Shown: one piece after another, positions 11,309 through 25,000 of the stretch
How the letters are laid out: the number at the start of each line of letters is the position of its first letter
Position numbering within the stretch: position 1 is the stretch's first letter
Origin: Sphagnum compactum
Lineage: Eukaryota
DNA length: 64,000 nt
Assembly (NCBI GenBank): GCA_965153455.1
Contig: OZ234493.1
Coordinates: 21,008,213 to 21,072,212, forward strand
Direction: 5' to 3'
The notes under the pieces: model-generated
Seen by the model: the letters and a program-made list of their open reading frames with translations, nothing else
The model's database searches: none
What the model was told of the DNA's origin: nothing
Program-made: the position numbers and the translations under genes

Positions 11309-13265
11309 GTGGCTTTTTATTATTGGCTCTACCTGACCTGTGTGTAAGTAAAGGGTAGAGACTTAACTAGCCTACCTACTGAAGTTGGAAGTTGGAACCC
11401 ATATAGTTTGGTTCCTTTGGTGCCACATTTTGAGGAATGTTTAGGTACCTACCAAGTGTTTAGGTAGTTATTTATTAGCCAAGTGTTTACTTACCATTTG
11501 ATTAGTAAGTAGATGTAGTTTTCAGTTGATCCCACATTTTGAGAATTGTTTACCAGGGTTAACTCATTACCTAACTGTGTAAATGAACTTGTGAGTTCCT
11601 CTTTTTTTTTTTGTGGGTTTAAAATTTTTGTGTTGGGTGTGGGGGGAGTGGGGTTTGGGTGGGTGGGGGAAGGGGAGGAAACTTCCTGGAACATTTCCTC
11701 TTTCAATTGTTGCAGGCTTGAATTTACCCGCCACAAGTAGGATTTTTTTTCTTTTTTTCTTTTCCCCCACAAGATTGCCAAATTAAGTTGAAATTGCACT
11801 AGAAAAACATTAAATTTCCACCAATTTGTTTGATAAAAAGAATACAATATTTGTCAAAAAATCAAAATAAAAGAAGAAGAAGAGAGCACTAACCATACCA
11901 GGTTGAGTCATTTACATGATTAGGCCTCCTTATTATTGCTCTTGAATCTTAGCATCATCATTATCAACATGCTCTCCACCACCATTATCATCAACATCAT
12001 GAGCATCATCATCATTTCTCATTTTGCCCTCAGTAGGTAAGTCAACTTCAGATTTGGGTGGGGCATAGGGTAGATAGGCCAGTGGCCAGACAGTTAAGGA
12101 CAGGAAGCTTTTAGGCTTGGAGCTCCAAATACTCTTCTAGGTAGCCCTCCATCTAGCACTCCTATAGCAGCATATAGAACCTCATTTGGTTTTGGAGCTC
12201 CAAGTAGCCCTCCCACCAGGCGCCCTTATAGTCATTTACAAAGCTACATTTGGTTGTGAAATGATTGACATAGCCCCGCCCCCCCCTTTTGCATGAGGAG
12301 GGTGAGTGAGTCCTCATTTCCAAACATTTGTTAGACAACAACATTTGTGAGCTGAACACAAAATTTTCATCCCTAAATTGTGAGGTTGTAAAACGGTGGT
12401 CGACTAATATTTTTTGAACCAGACATTCAAATTTTAGGGTGAATTTGAATGGCTACCCACTTCACAACAATTCATCGCGGGCATTTCTTTGGGTGATCTA
12501 GGTCTTCACCCACTGGCTATCGATCGATCGGTGATGGATGGTTCTCTACCCTAAAATGCTTGGTCCAGCAATCTATAAAATGAGAGAGCTTGACCACCAT
12601 GCCATGATATTAAATTCATCCGAGATGGAAAATCAGATCCTATAGCACCTATGCAGCATAGTGGGTTGTTGGTTCATTAAGAGAGCTTGCTGGGGGGAAT
12701 ACAATGCCAAAACTGGTCAAAGAAGAAGAAGAAGAAGAAGAAGGGGTCAAAATGAAGCTGGCAATCCAAATGTGGGTCCTGTGTAGTAAAAAGCAAAGAG
12801 ATGGCTGCAAATAGATAGTCAGGCTTTTTCTTCTTCTTCTTCTTCTTCTTCTTCTCCTCCTCCTTTCCTCAAAATTGGAGCTATATTATTATGGAGGTTC
12901 AATCTTAGCAGAACTGATGCAGTTACCAGTGCAGCAAGCTCTGGTCAATAATTTATTTCAGGATCAGCAGCACTTGAATTTACTTACATACAACAAACAA
13001 TGCATCTTTAATTAGCAGATGCCTTCTCTATGCTTTCAAGAATGGCACCAGCCAGGCTCATTCATTCCCAGTGATTCCACACACACCTTTACTACTCTCC
13101 ACAGTTTACTCTCTAGTGTCAAAATTGAGCATTTAATATTTTATCAGATAGATACACTTTACATTGAAATGAAATGAAATCACTTCGTTTTACCTCACAC
13201 ATGTTGTGTGGTGACATTGTGACCCAAGGCCTACTACTGAGAAGGAAACAACCATAATTTTGTTA

Positions 13266-13533
13266 TACCTTTACCCTAATGTCAGTTTCGTCATTAAATA
13301 ATCCTCAAACTATTGAAATGAAATTTTTTTGTGAAAATTATGAAGTTTGACATGTTGAAAATCATCATAGTTATCATCGACTACATTCTCAATAATTTCA
13401 CTACTCAGATCACAATATTATAGTCGATGATGATGGAAAAATGTTGTAATTTCAAAAAATTTAAACGAATTCATTTTTTGAAAAAAATTATTATTCGTTT
13501 TGTCAATGTGGAAACTGACCCTAGGCTACGGTA
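13266..13533. mobile_element. MITE family A, copy 1
   Basis: Terminal inverted repeats tacctttaccctaatgtcagtttc ... gaaactgaccctaggctacggta flank an AT-rich interior. A related copy lies at 32717-32900. Confidence 0.75.
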
Positions 13534-14635
13534 GTAGTAATATCAACAAAAATAGCTAGACCAAATTTACACATTTGAGTGTCTCGTTGGGCCGATATCA
13601 ACAAAATAGCTACTAATAATTATAAATAATAATATTAATGTTGGGTAATAGTTTGAATAAAAATAGGGAATAAAATAATGAACCTCATGGGCCCTAGGAG
13701 GAGAATCTTTTGATTCGTGGCATAAGGATTGATTATGAATAATTTAGATAATTATTTCGAATTTGTAATAATGGAAGGTCCAGTATGTGTGGACTTGACC
13801 AAATTTTACATTCCAAATAATGTTAAACTTATTCATAAAAGAATGAAAAGCTATAAGTGGCATTTGATGATTGGTTTGATACATGGGAATAGATGTAGAT
13901 GAATGTGATTGATTATTCATTCATTTCTTTCCTTCAAATATATAAGGGGTAGAAATTAAAACTTTTAATTTGCATTCAAAATAATTTCATGTTGTTAGTT
14001 GGATGAAGACTTGTAGAAGCATCAGATGTGAACAAGAATCCTTGAAAAAATAAAATGTGAAAATGATTGTGAATACCATTATGAAAATTTTATAATCTTT
14101 TGGTGATCCCCCTAAAGGAGGATGTTTAGACGTGTGTGATGAACTCCTTGGGGTGTAGTTTTTACATAAAGATTCGACTTTAAACGCATGGGTGATCCTA
14201 TTTCAAAAGAGTGTAAAATCTCATGTTGAAAATCATGTGAATGATGAATATTGCAAGTGTTGTTTTGAAATATGTTTGATAGTCTACCTATGTGCTAGAA
14301 GGGATCAATCAAAAACTAATCCTCATAGTTCCAAACTCCCTCCTAATCTACAAGCTCCTCTAAAAGCATCTCAAGCCAAAATGTGAATGAAGCTCTACGA
14401 TCTAATGTTGTTATGTTTTATCTGATGTTGTTATGTTTTTGATACAAGGTATCAATTTTGACTTGCCAAAAGGTTCTCATTATGTTGACACTGAAAGAGC
14501 TGCAGATGCTAAAATGACTTGTTTTTCATTGGTCACCTCTCATGATTGGCCATGGTTGCTTCATTTAAACACTTTTATGGCATCTTGTTTTTTAGGGTTA
14601 TGGGTGAGGAGGGGAAAATAACTTTAATTCCTTAT

Positions 14636-15108
14636 GTGCAGGGGAAAGCTCTAGGGTAAGGGCATACCCAAAGTAAGGGGCCTAGGATTGAGGCCGAAGT
14701 TGGTTCTGGCCTCACATTTGGGGAATGTCCCTCATCCCTGAGCTTTACCCATCATAAGGCATGGGGTGACCATTATCATGAACTTAAACCTACCTACATC
14801 ATAGGGTGAAAGAGGGGGAGAAGTCTTGCACCTATTTATCAGTGAGAGGGATCCTGCACCTATTTATCAGTGAGAGGGATCCTGCACCTATAAGTAGGCA
14901 AATAATCACCCTAAACCTTAAACCCTAAATCTACTTTTAGGGAGTAGATGTAAAGATCCTGCACTTATAAGTAGGCATAATTGCCCTAAACCCTAAACCG
15001 CTAAACCTACTCTTAAGGAGTAGGTGTGAGATCTCTCTTAGTAGGGATATTTATACATATAAGGTGCCCTCCATATATATAGTAGGAGAATTCTCCAAGT
15101 GCTTTTAT
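14636..15108 (+). mobile_element. Solo-LTR-like dispersed repeat, copy 1
   Basis: Shares colinear blocks (catttggggaat, gctttacccat, gagagggatc.t.cacct, ttctccaagtgctttt) with 38790-39162, whose copy ends in CA. The LTR identity is inferred and the boundaries are approximate. Confidence 0.5.
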
Positions 15109-18100
15109 GAGTGGAAGGGATCTTTCACTTGTGTCAGCAGCAAAGCATGTTTTTCAGGCTTGGGAAGGCTCTATTGGCTGTGTTTTGTAGAACTTGATAG
15201 TTGTGAAGAAGAAGCTCACCTAAAGTTATGTCTTTGGGCAAAGACAACTTTATCTGCTTTGCAGTGTTTTTGTCAGTATAAGCAGAACTGACATTCTTGG
15301 GGAAACATATATGCTTTGACCAAATCCAATAAGCACATTTTGAACAAAGTTTCTTGATGGTGTGTTTGGTTGAAGAGACTTTGCACTGGTGTAGGATTTT
15401 GGCATAAATTTTTGGCTTCAACTTCCCCCAAGGTGTGAGTGACATTGGAGTATTGTCTATCATGTGTGCATATCATGAATGGGGCATGTTCCATAGAAGT
15501 GAATGCATCTAGACAAGAAGAAGTCATAGGAAGTTTTGAGTTTGAAGTTGAAACTTGCCATAGAGGGTAGGGTTCTAGACTGGCCCATCACTGATCGCCT
15601 GCCTATGACCGAACACTTTGGCACATCTTTCTCAATTGTTCTCCATTTTGAGTGATTTAAAATGTTATAGGAGCACCTTCTCAAGCTCTACAAATCATCT
15701 TTGAAATGCAAAGCCAACCCTTCCCCTCCTACTTTCAAACCTCATAACTTTCTTATTTCTTTATTCATTTTATACAATTTAAAGTGCTAGAGGAGCACCA
15801 CCTGAATTTCTACAAATCATCTTTTGAACTCATGAAGCTTGAAAATCCTTTAGTTTCTCATGGGTTGTTAATTCATAATTATTTCAACAAGTTTTAATTT
15901 TGATTTTGGATGATCCCCAAATAATAACTATACAAGAAAACTATGTATTTAGACCATACCCAATATACAATAAAGTTATATGTAAAGCATACCTTGTTGG
16001 ACACCAGTTTGGGCGTGAATTTCAACCTTAGTTTTCCATTTCATGCTCAGTTGAGGTTATCCAAAAAGTTAGCCAAAGTAAACACCAAATAGTTAAAGCG
16101 AACAACAAATTTTGGAAACTAAGGAAAATTTAAAAGTTTCAATGTCTAAAGGAATAATGGTGGAATACATTTCACTTCTAAAGAAAATAAAGATGAGGAC
16201 AAGGCATAAAGGAAGGTCATTAAAGCACTTTGGACATAAGCATGGTAAAGTGGATAATTTCTATTCCCTTGTCATCAAAAATGACAAGTAGTCATAAATT
16301 AACTTTGATGTCTTGAAAATAAAAATATTATTTTATTCAATGATTAATATGAGGATAAATTTTTATTTAATAAGATAAAATTGACAAATCGCATCTTCAA
16401 TATATATTGAAATAATTTCTTTAAATATGTATCCTATTGCAAAGATGTTTAGGTTTTATAAAGTACATTGCAAGTGTTTGAAATAAGGATGAAATATTAA
16501 TTTTTTAAAAAATTCAAACTAATGGAAGCATTAAAAAATACTTGTGTACTTTTAAATTGTGCATATTATAATCATAATATATGAAAATTTTAATGTAAAA
16601 TTAGCTTTGAATATTATATTGATTGGGTTAGTTTCAAAATTTTGATGATACTAAAGTTTTTCAAATTTTGTATTTAACTCATCACAAATTGAGTGAAGAC
16701 CTTGATGGTTTTATATTTCTATTTGTAAAAGTTTTGAGTACACTTCTATATGTTTATGTCAGAAATTGTAACCTAGATTTTGGACAAACTAATTTCTTGT
16801 TTATTTTATCATGTTATTGTCCCTTTGCCTTGTGAACTAATAAAAGTGGAAGCCAAAAAAAAATTTGGGACCAATTTTCAAGCAAAAAACAATTTCATTC
16901 CCTAAATTTTCATTGTGTTGAAACTTTCCTCACTTTTTTTAATTAATTCCATGTTTTGGTGAAACTAATTGTGTTTGTGAGTAGTTTCTTCATGAGATTT
17001 TATGGACAACTTTAATGTGTTTAGGGTTTATGGATGGGATGTTTATATTGTGGCACAAGCAATAAAGTTTTCACCATGTATGACATTCCTTCCTTTTGAT
17101 GTTTTCTTGCTTCTAATTGCTAATTGCAAGTTGATTTGGAATTGATTAGTAATTGATGGATAACTTTATATTATCATAGTGCAAATTTTATCAAATATGA
17201 ATGGATGATTATCAAAAAATCATTTATATAACACATTGGTATTGGAAAGGGAGAAAAAAAAATTGGGTTAACTTTCAAACAAACGAGCCACCTTGAGTTG
17301 TTTTCACTATTGGGAAAAGGTCGAAGGTTTGGGGGAAGGTGGGGGGTTTGCCATACAAACTTTGATCCATTACAATTTTTTGAAGTAGGAAGACTCAAAG
17401 CATCCTTGGATTATGTAAGGAACAAAAAATTCAATCCCAAAAATATGTGGAAGCAGATGAAGAAAAAGACCCAAGAGTTGTGGTCCATTGTGTGGGTCAT
17501 TGGGGGAAAAAAAATTGAAAAAAATATGAGGTTCAAAGGTTTCAAGACAAAAGAACAAAGCCAAAATCATGGCCCTTACGCTAGTTGCAAAAATAAGTAA
17601 TCTACTAGGCACCATGAACGGTATAATTTGCTACAATTCATAGGAGGATAGACTAAATACCCCTTAATGAGTTGTAACAAAGGGTTAGTTATGCACCTTG
17701 AGTGGTTTTGTGCAATGCATAATTCATGTCTTCCACGATCAACACTTGTCTTGCCAAGAACAAAAAATAATTTGTATGTTTTGTTATTCTTTGTTGGGCT
17801 TGAAATCACAACTTAAGGGGAGTTATATTTAATACCCACAAATAACCTATTGTTAACCATTTGTAATAGTAAGGTCTTGTATGGATTTTGTTCAATTTTT
17901 TGCAAAACATTAGTCAAACCTTGCAATAAAATTATGTAAGGTGCCACACTAATGCCTAGACATAGCTCATTAGGGGGCATTTAACATATTTCCTTTCCAT
18001 GGCTTCAAATTTGAACATTAAGAGATGCTCATCTAGATTTTGCACCCCCACCCCCTATTTGGGCCTATACTAGTGTTTACCATAAGCAACATACAATGTT

Positions 18101-18399
18101 GATTATTCCATGTATTCCCACCCATAAACATGAAAAAATGCACAAACATCTAAACATATTTTCTTTGCCATAATTGATTGACATGTGATGCATGTGAACA
18201 CAACTTGATTTTGCAAGAGAATTGGCTTTGGAGGAGGTCTTTGGCCTTCTTTTCTAAACCAACAACAAAAAAATTCAAATAGGAAATGATTTTGAAAGGA
18301 ATAAAATAAGGTTGTTGCTTGGTGTTTGATCTTTTATCCTTGTTGGAGGAGCGTTGAATATCATGATGAAAATAGTTGCCTTTAAGAAAGACATTGAAA

Positions 18400-20662
18400 G
18401 AGGTCAACTACCAAATAGAATTTGCCATCAACTAATTTTTCAATACATGAATGAATGTACATAGTATGCAACTTTGTAGGCTTACTAAATGATTTCAAGA
18501 CTACATTAGGTTTGGAGATTAATATTAACAAGTGTGTGGTTAACTAACAAAGTTTGAAAAATGATAAACCAAGATGGACTAGGAAGACCTTTCATGGATT
18601 TAGGCTTGGGAAAAATATATTTCTAAACTCCTAGGCACCTCATTTGTGTTGAATTTAGACATAACTAATGTCAACCAATTTTCATTTAACAAGCTTTGAA
18701 GGAAGTTGACTTATTAGTCTACAACCAAATTTAGGATCATAGGGATTTAGAAACATGTTATTTCCATTTTGTGATTTTCTTCATAATCTACGTAGGTTCA
18801 AAGAAGGCAATATAAAAAGCCAAAGTGTTAATTTTGAAGCTCTTGTGGTCAAGCTATGGCCTCCTCGCTCACATTTGTGTTAAATAAGATGATTATTCTC
18901 TCAAGAGGAATCAAGGAAGTTTGGGAGCCATAAACACAAAAGGATGTAATGAATGCCGTATTTGTAAAATGGATAATTGTAGCATGTCTATTAGGTGATT
19001 CAATTTACAACATCTTTTATGTTTTTAGATGGAAAAATTTGGCCCCTCCAATCAAAAGAGATGGGATGATAATTTCCCATGGAGATTTGTAACTTGTTCC
19101 CACAAATAGTTCCTAGGATTAAAAGTATAATTACGGATCACTAAAGCTTGAAAAAAGTTCATGGACAAAGCTATGATCAATGATCTAGACTCACAAGTGA
19201 TGACACTTATGAAAAGCCTTTGGTGGGACTCAAATTATATTAGGAAGAACTTTGGATGGCTACCAAAGAGAGCCTGAGATCTCCACAAGAAAAGAATGTA
19301 AAATAAAAAGACATTTGGGACATTTTCAAAAAAAATTCTAAGTTTTGCGAAATAATGAGAGACTTAGAATTCCTCATTAATTGAAATTCGACCTATCAAT
19401 TATGTTAGATTCACCTCTTTTTAGCAAGTGGTTTCCAATTTTCATTAGAAACTTAAAATAAATATAGATTAGGGGTTGGGTGGGATTTTGTTTGAGAGAG
19501 TTTGGCATGCCTTCCTTAGTCTTAGAAGCTTCCATTTTTTCCCCCCCACATACAACATTTTAGAAAACTACAATGTTATATTGTGGGCTTTCAATCAAGG
19601 AGGTTATACCAAAATTTTAGCCTTCAATGTCAAGTTCATGCAAGGCAATAAAGGTGGCAAAAGTTACAAAAAGAACCTAAAAATTTAGATTTCAATGTGT
19701 GTAGGTGCCTTAAATGAACTCTTCTTCCACAATACTAACTTAGGTTGGGATGACAAAAAAAAAGCCTTACAATACATAGTTAAGTTGGGCAAAGATCTAT
19801 TCAAGTGTTCAATTCAGTGAGTTCAAGATCTATTGTTTATTAATGGGATGGAATCATGTTGCCCATTTTTTCATTGGATTAGAAAGAAGTTTGGTTTTTA
19901 AATGGGACCAAGAAGGAAAATGCATTCATCTAGTCTATATATCACAAGGCAATTGCAATCAACTCTTGTAGAGCCTAAGCCAACTCACTCCTCGATGCTA
20001 GGTTTCCATCTTGCACAATAAATCAACATGAAACCTTGAAACACCAATTTTTCAATTGCATTCAAACCAAGCAAACTTGGTTATAAGCAATGGTTATTTT
20101 TAATAAATTGTGTTACAAACCCAACTCCAATGCCCTTTGGAGGGAGTCATTTTTTAACATTACAATCTTAGTGAGGAGCTCCGTAGTAGATTCAAGAAAT
20201 TCCCGAATGTTTGGAATGTCTAAGAAATCTACTCTTATAAACAATTTGGATTGACAAGAATCATTATTCATTTTGATAGAAGTGCATCAGAGAGGTTAAA
20301 ATCAAACCATTGATTTGGAAAGGTTTTCTTGGATATGCTACATCACAAACTTCATGGGTCACAATTTGACAATAATATGTTATTCACAAAGCATTGTCAA
20401 AGGCAAAGCCAGGTTGCTTGATCTCTTTGACGAGCAATGGAACACACACTTTGCAATTTGCTCCAAGGATGATTTTGAAATTAGGTGGTGCTACTTGTTC
20501 CAAAGGATGATTATCATAAGATAGTTTGGCAAGAATTCCATTTTTCGAAACATAGGTTGCCCCACCTACCTTTTGTTCTTGGGCCTTGTTGGCTAGGTTC
20601 ATGGGATTGTGTTATTTGCCTCTATTTGTAATTAAGTGCTTTTCATTTGTGCCAAAAAAAAT
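18400..20662 (+). mobile_element. Decayed L1-type LINE: 3' part of ORF2 and a short poly(A)
   Basis: Broken-frame peptides SKLLGTSF (about 18625) and KRNQGSLGAIN (about 18905), a zf-RVT-like PSC...ETLKHQFFNC...W (about 20000-20080), and LFDEQW...C...IRW (20420-20490). An A-run lies near 20655. Confidence 0.75.
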
Positions 20663-20721
20663 TTAGGAAAGTTTCTTAGGTAAAGCACAATTGGTGGTTA
20701 TTAAGTATGAGTAGGTAATAG

Positions 20722-22012
20722 CCTTTTTTACTGCATAAATTTCACCAAATTTTTATGAAAATAAAATGAAATGTTTTTGAAGGTTTTCAATCACTAGAAG
20801 TGAGAAAATAAAAATTAAAAATCACCAAATCCCTATATTTGGTTTCCAATGTGTAGCAAAATATACAGAAAGGTGATTAAAGATTTAATATTTCATGTTT
20901 GGTTTATAGCCAGATTTGGCTAAATCTTCCTAAGGACCATTGCCAATTTTTCTATAACTTTCATGAATGGTCACCATTGTAACCCCAGCCCTTATTTGGG
21001 CAGTTCTAAAATTTCATAGCCCTGATTCTCAAAATTTTGAAAATAAAACTCTAATAACCACCACTTATTTACCAAAATTTCCATGAAATGCACTTGCTCT
21101 TTGAGGTTTTAAAAATAACTGGAATTAGAAAAAAAAAATCTAATTTTTTCCCAAAAATCAGAACTGATAATTATTAAAAAAATCAAATGCCAACCCAACA
21201 CTGGTCAGTATGTAGCTAACCACCGTAGTTAGCAATGGCACTCAAATACAACCAAAAGGTAGATGGTGCACTGGTCGATGCTAGTTCACTCTGGCCCGGC
21301 CTTTTTCTTATATCGCCAAAATGTGAAATAAAATTTAAAAAAAACAAAAAAAAAGTGATTTGAGAATTTTTCAGTCACAAAAGTGAGGAAAAAAGGGGCA
21401 AAATAGCCAGATTGGTATATGTGGTTTTCACTGTGTAGCCAAAAAATATATAGAAGGATGACTAAAGATTTGTACTTTATTTGTGGTTTATAGCCAGGAT
21501 TTACTAAATCTTCCTAAGGATGATCGCCACTTTTTATTACATCTTTAAAGGAATGATCGCCACTTTAGCCACAAACAGAAATTCCTTAAATAAACACCGC
21601 TCCGGCGCGTGGAACTTGGTAAGTCCGTTGGGTTTCATGTTTCATCCACAGTCATGACAGGTGTCCAATGGATAGTGCACTGGTGGGTGGTACTCACTAC
21701 TCACTACTCACTACTCACCACCCTTTTTTTTTACTAGAGAAACTTTCCCAAAAAACGAAACTAAAAATTCGAAAAAGACGCGAATTTTGAGGTTTTCAGT
21801 TGCCAAAAGTGAAATAATTTTTTTTAAATCGCCAGATTTATATATTTGGTTTTTCATTTTGTAGTCCAAAATATAGAAGGATGATTAAATATTTGCACTT
21901 TATCTCTGGATAATAGCCATATATGGCTAAATCTTGCTCGCCATTTCTTTTACATCTTCCTATGGATGATCGCCACTTTGGCTACAACCAAAAATTCCTA
22001 AAAGAAACACTG
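20722..22012 (+). repeat. Cluster of three copies of a ~270-300 bp dispersed repeat (family C)
   Basis: Core tgtagccaaaaatatagaaggatgattaaagatttg...ggctaaatctt...gatgatcgccactt at about 20722-20980, 21300-21600 and 21722-22012. An inverted copy lies at about 34740-34990. Confidence 0.8.
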
Positions 22013-25000
22013 GTGCTCACTTCTGGGTCACAAAATCCTCTCTCTCTCTCTCTCTCGCAATCTCTCATGGGCTGAGCCCATAAACATCTCTCTCTCTCTC
22101 TCGCACTCTCTCATAAACAACAACAATTATGAAGAGTTGATCATGACGCACTCCCTACTCCTCCCATTCCTCGAGTGTGACCATGAGCATTGAGCATTGA
22201 GTACCAACCAACCCCCTGTCCGAAGTAACTGCATGCACCAGGACGTGGGCGGGGAACATAATTACCTCCCGTAATCACACATTGCCCCCCATGTGATTAG
22301 CGACTTCCTTAATTAGCAAGGTCGGTGCCTGCAAGAAGAATCCAATGAAATTGGGAACTTGGGACATCATCAATTAAGTAATAAGACCAAACACAGAGTG
22401 CTCCTCTCTAAATCCCTCATCCAACTCTGCTGTTTGTCAGATGCTCTGTGTTTGTGTGTGGGTGTGTGTGTGTGTGTTCTCTTGCAACAAACGTGGCTGG
22501 CTATTTGTGACAAAACTAAAACCTACCCATTAATTAAAATTCATAACAGACTAAGTAACTGGCACAAGGTGATGGGTTATCTGAAATCCCTTCAGCACTC
22601 CCCCCCCCCTTTCCCCCCCTTCAGCTATTTCCGGTAACCAATGACCTCGAGCCAGTTACCAGACATAAGCTATGGTTCCGAGGTTTGAGAGTAATGGTGT
22701 AACCCTCCTGTTGATGGATGGAAGAAAAGTTGTGTATCTTTTTTTCTCAATGGAAGAAAACTCATATCCGACGTCCTGTCCAATTGTTTGATGATGCAAT
22801 TGTTTGAAAGGAAAGGTGATTTGAGGTTATTTGAGGTGAATGCGGAGTGGAGGATGAATCAGAAGCTTGAGAACCAGTGGCCATTCGGTTAGGATGCATC
22901 TATCTATCTATACTGCTCTACAGTAGCAGCAGCACAACCATTGCATCAAAGTTCATAATGCCAATTTGAAGTGTGCAATGCACACTTAGAAATTTAGAAG
23001 CGTTTGGAAATACAGGAACAATAGCTAGACAAAAGGAAGAAGAGGAAGCCATGGAAAAAAAGTTTAGAATGTAAGTGCATTAGTAAAATGTGTGGGACTT
23101 TTGTGTGTGATGGGTCAATGGTCATGGGTCATTTGTTATCCTGTTTGTGACATAAAACCTGAGTTGATTTTTCTAACAGACAGCTAGCTGCACATCGTAT
23201 TGACTACATGAACAGTTCCTGGTCAATGAGTTTCTGCTCCCCAGTAAAATAAACAATGCAGTGCAATTACACTTGCACAGCATTGAAAGGTTTCAAAACT
23301 TATTCGCACCCAGGAGCAAGATCATTGATTGATTGAACAAGAAGATCTGCAAAGTTCAAACTTCAGAATGTAATTGCAATGTGTGGGACAGATGAGGGTG
23401 ATTATTGGTCTTCAATCTGTTTGTGGAAAAGTTCTTCAAACCATGTTGGAAAACTCGACTTTTATGTTGCAAAACTTGGCTTTTATGCCGAACATGAAAG
23501 CCAAGTTTTGCATTTGACATAAAAGCAGAGTTTTGCAACATAAAAACCGCGTCTTTTAAACAGAGAAGAATGTCATTCTTTTCACTAGATACATAGGACA
23601 TTTATTCTTGGGCAAACCAGGCAAGAAGAAGAAAAGCTCTGGCAGCAAAGGAAAAGCTTAGAAAAAACACAATTTATTTTACTTATCTAGCATATAATTA
23701 CTCTAATGATGATCATGATTGAGCTCATTAAGAAATGGGAAATCATTTTCAACTCTTGTATTTGATGGGTTTTAAAACTTTTTGCAGGGAATTAATAAAT
23801 CTTTACTGTTTAGTTTTGATTGCAGGCTCTTGAATTGATTATGGATAGTTTTAGTTTCAGATTGCTTGAATTTTCTTTGCTGACATAAACTTGTAGGGAG
23901 TCAGAGTGTTTAGCATGGACTAAATTTAGAGCTTCATCATCATGTGAGTGATGAGAAATGATGAAGTTATGATGATTTACAGTCTGCTGAATTTATAGAG
24001 GGGTTTATAACTTGACTTGTGGGTTTGTATGTTTCTGCAGCAAGCACTAAAATTAGGGTTTAGGGTACTTGCTGAAGTGTGGGAAAAAAAAACTTTCATC
24101 ATTGCCAAATTCCCCATTAAAATGAGCACTACCCTAAGACCCCAATTATGTTGACTCCATCATCAAGCATGACTGAAGCTTTTAGAATCAAGATAAGCAG
24201 TAGTGTGTTAATGTAGTGTAGATAATCCAATAGCTTTGATAAGATCCTGGTGACTGATGAGCAACCTAAGAATTCCAACAAAATCAACAAAAAGGGTTAT
24301 GTGTCATAATAATACATTTGAGAACCCACTAACTGCTATGCACGCCACAACCTTTCACTTGCTTTAGTACAGACTTTTGGGTGGTTTCTCACTCATTTTT
24401 CATTAAGGATATTGAGATTTCAGATCTGATTTTTTTTAAATGGACATATAACTGTAAGCAAAAGTTTCCAAATACATCATCCCTTGCCATGATCAGCCAT
24501 TCACTGGAACTGCTTGCAATCAAGTCACACTATTTCTCACTCTCCTAACTTGTCTTCACAGAAGTCATACATCAGATTTGAGAGTAATGTACATCTGAAA
24601 CTCAGTTGAGACTTGAGCCTATCCAGGAGTGAATCGGAAATCTCATCTGTCCATGGTATCATGGGCCTGAGTGTTTTAACATCAGCCAACTACATACACA
24701 TTACATTTCCAGCATATTCTACTTCAGCTAAAAAAACCAGCAAATCTATCTTCCATGTGGACTCATCATCATGGCAAATCTACCATCTAATTTTTACACT
24801 AACCCACTCAGAAAGATTGGCAATGATATTATTCTCAAGAACCCACAGGACACAAAAACCAAATCTGTCTTTCTCACAATAACTAACACAACTTTCATGT
24901 CCTGGGCATTTTCATCTACTAGATTTCAGAAATGAACTACATTTCCATGGCACCCATCCCAATACATATTGATCCCATATGTCCCTGCACACATTGCTAT

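Noticed and set aside
10752-11347. Low-complexity ORFs of 145-175 aa upstream of CFL1
   Set aside because: They arise from AAC/TTG-rich simple sequence in the leader or promoter region.
13045-13070. miR166-like stretch ccaggctcattcattccc
   Set aside because: The match needs an insertion and mismatches, and no complementary star arm is evident.
14905-15006. Telomere-like CCCTAAA motifs (also near 24054, 32691, 37494)
   Set aside because: Only two or three degenerate units each, common in plant repeats, and not a true interstitial telomere array.
15900-17150. Possible decayed DNA transposon in AT-rich sequence
   Set aside because: No convincing transposase motif or termini could be read.
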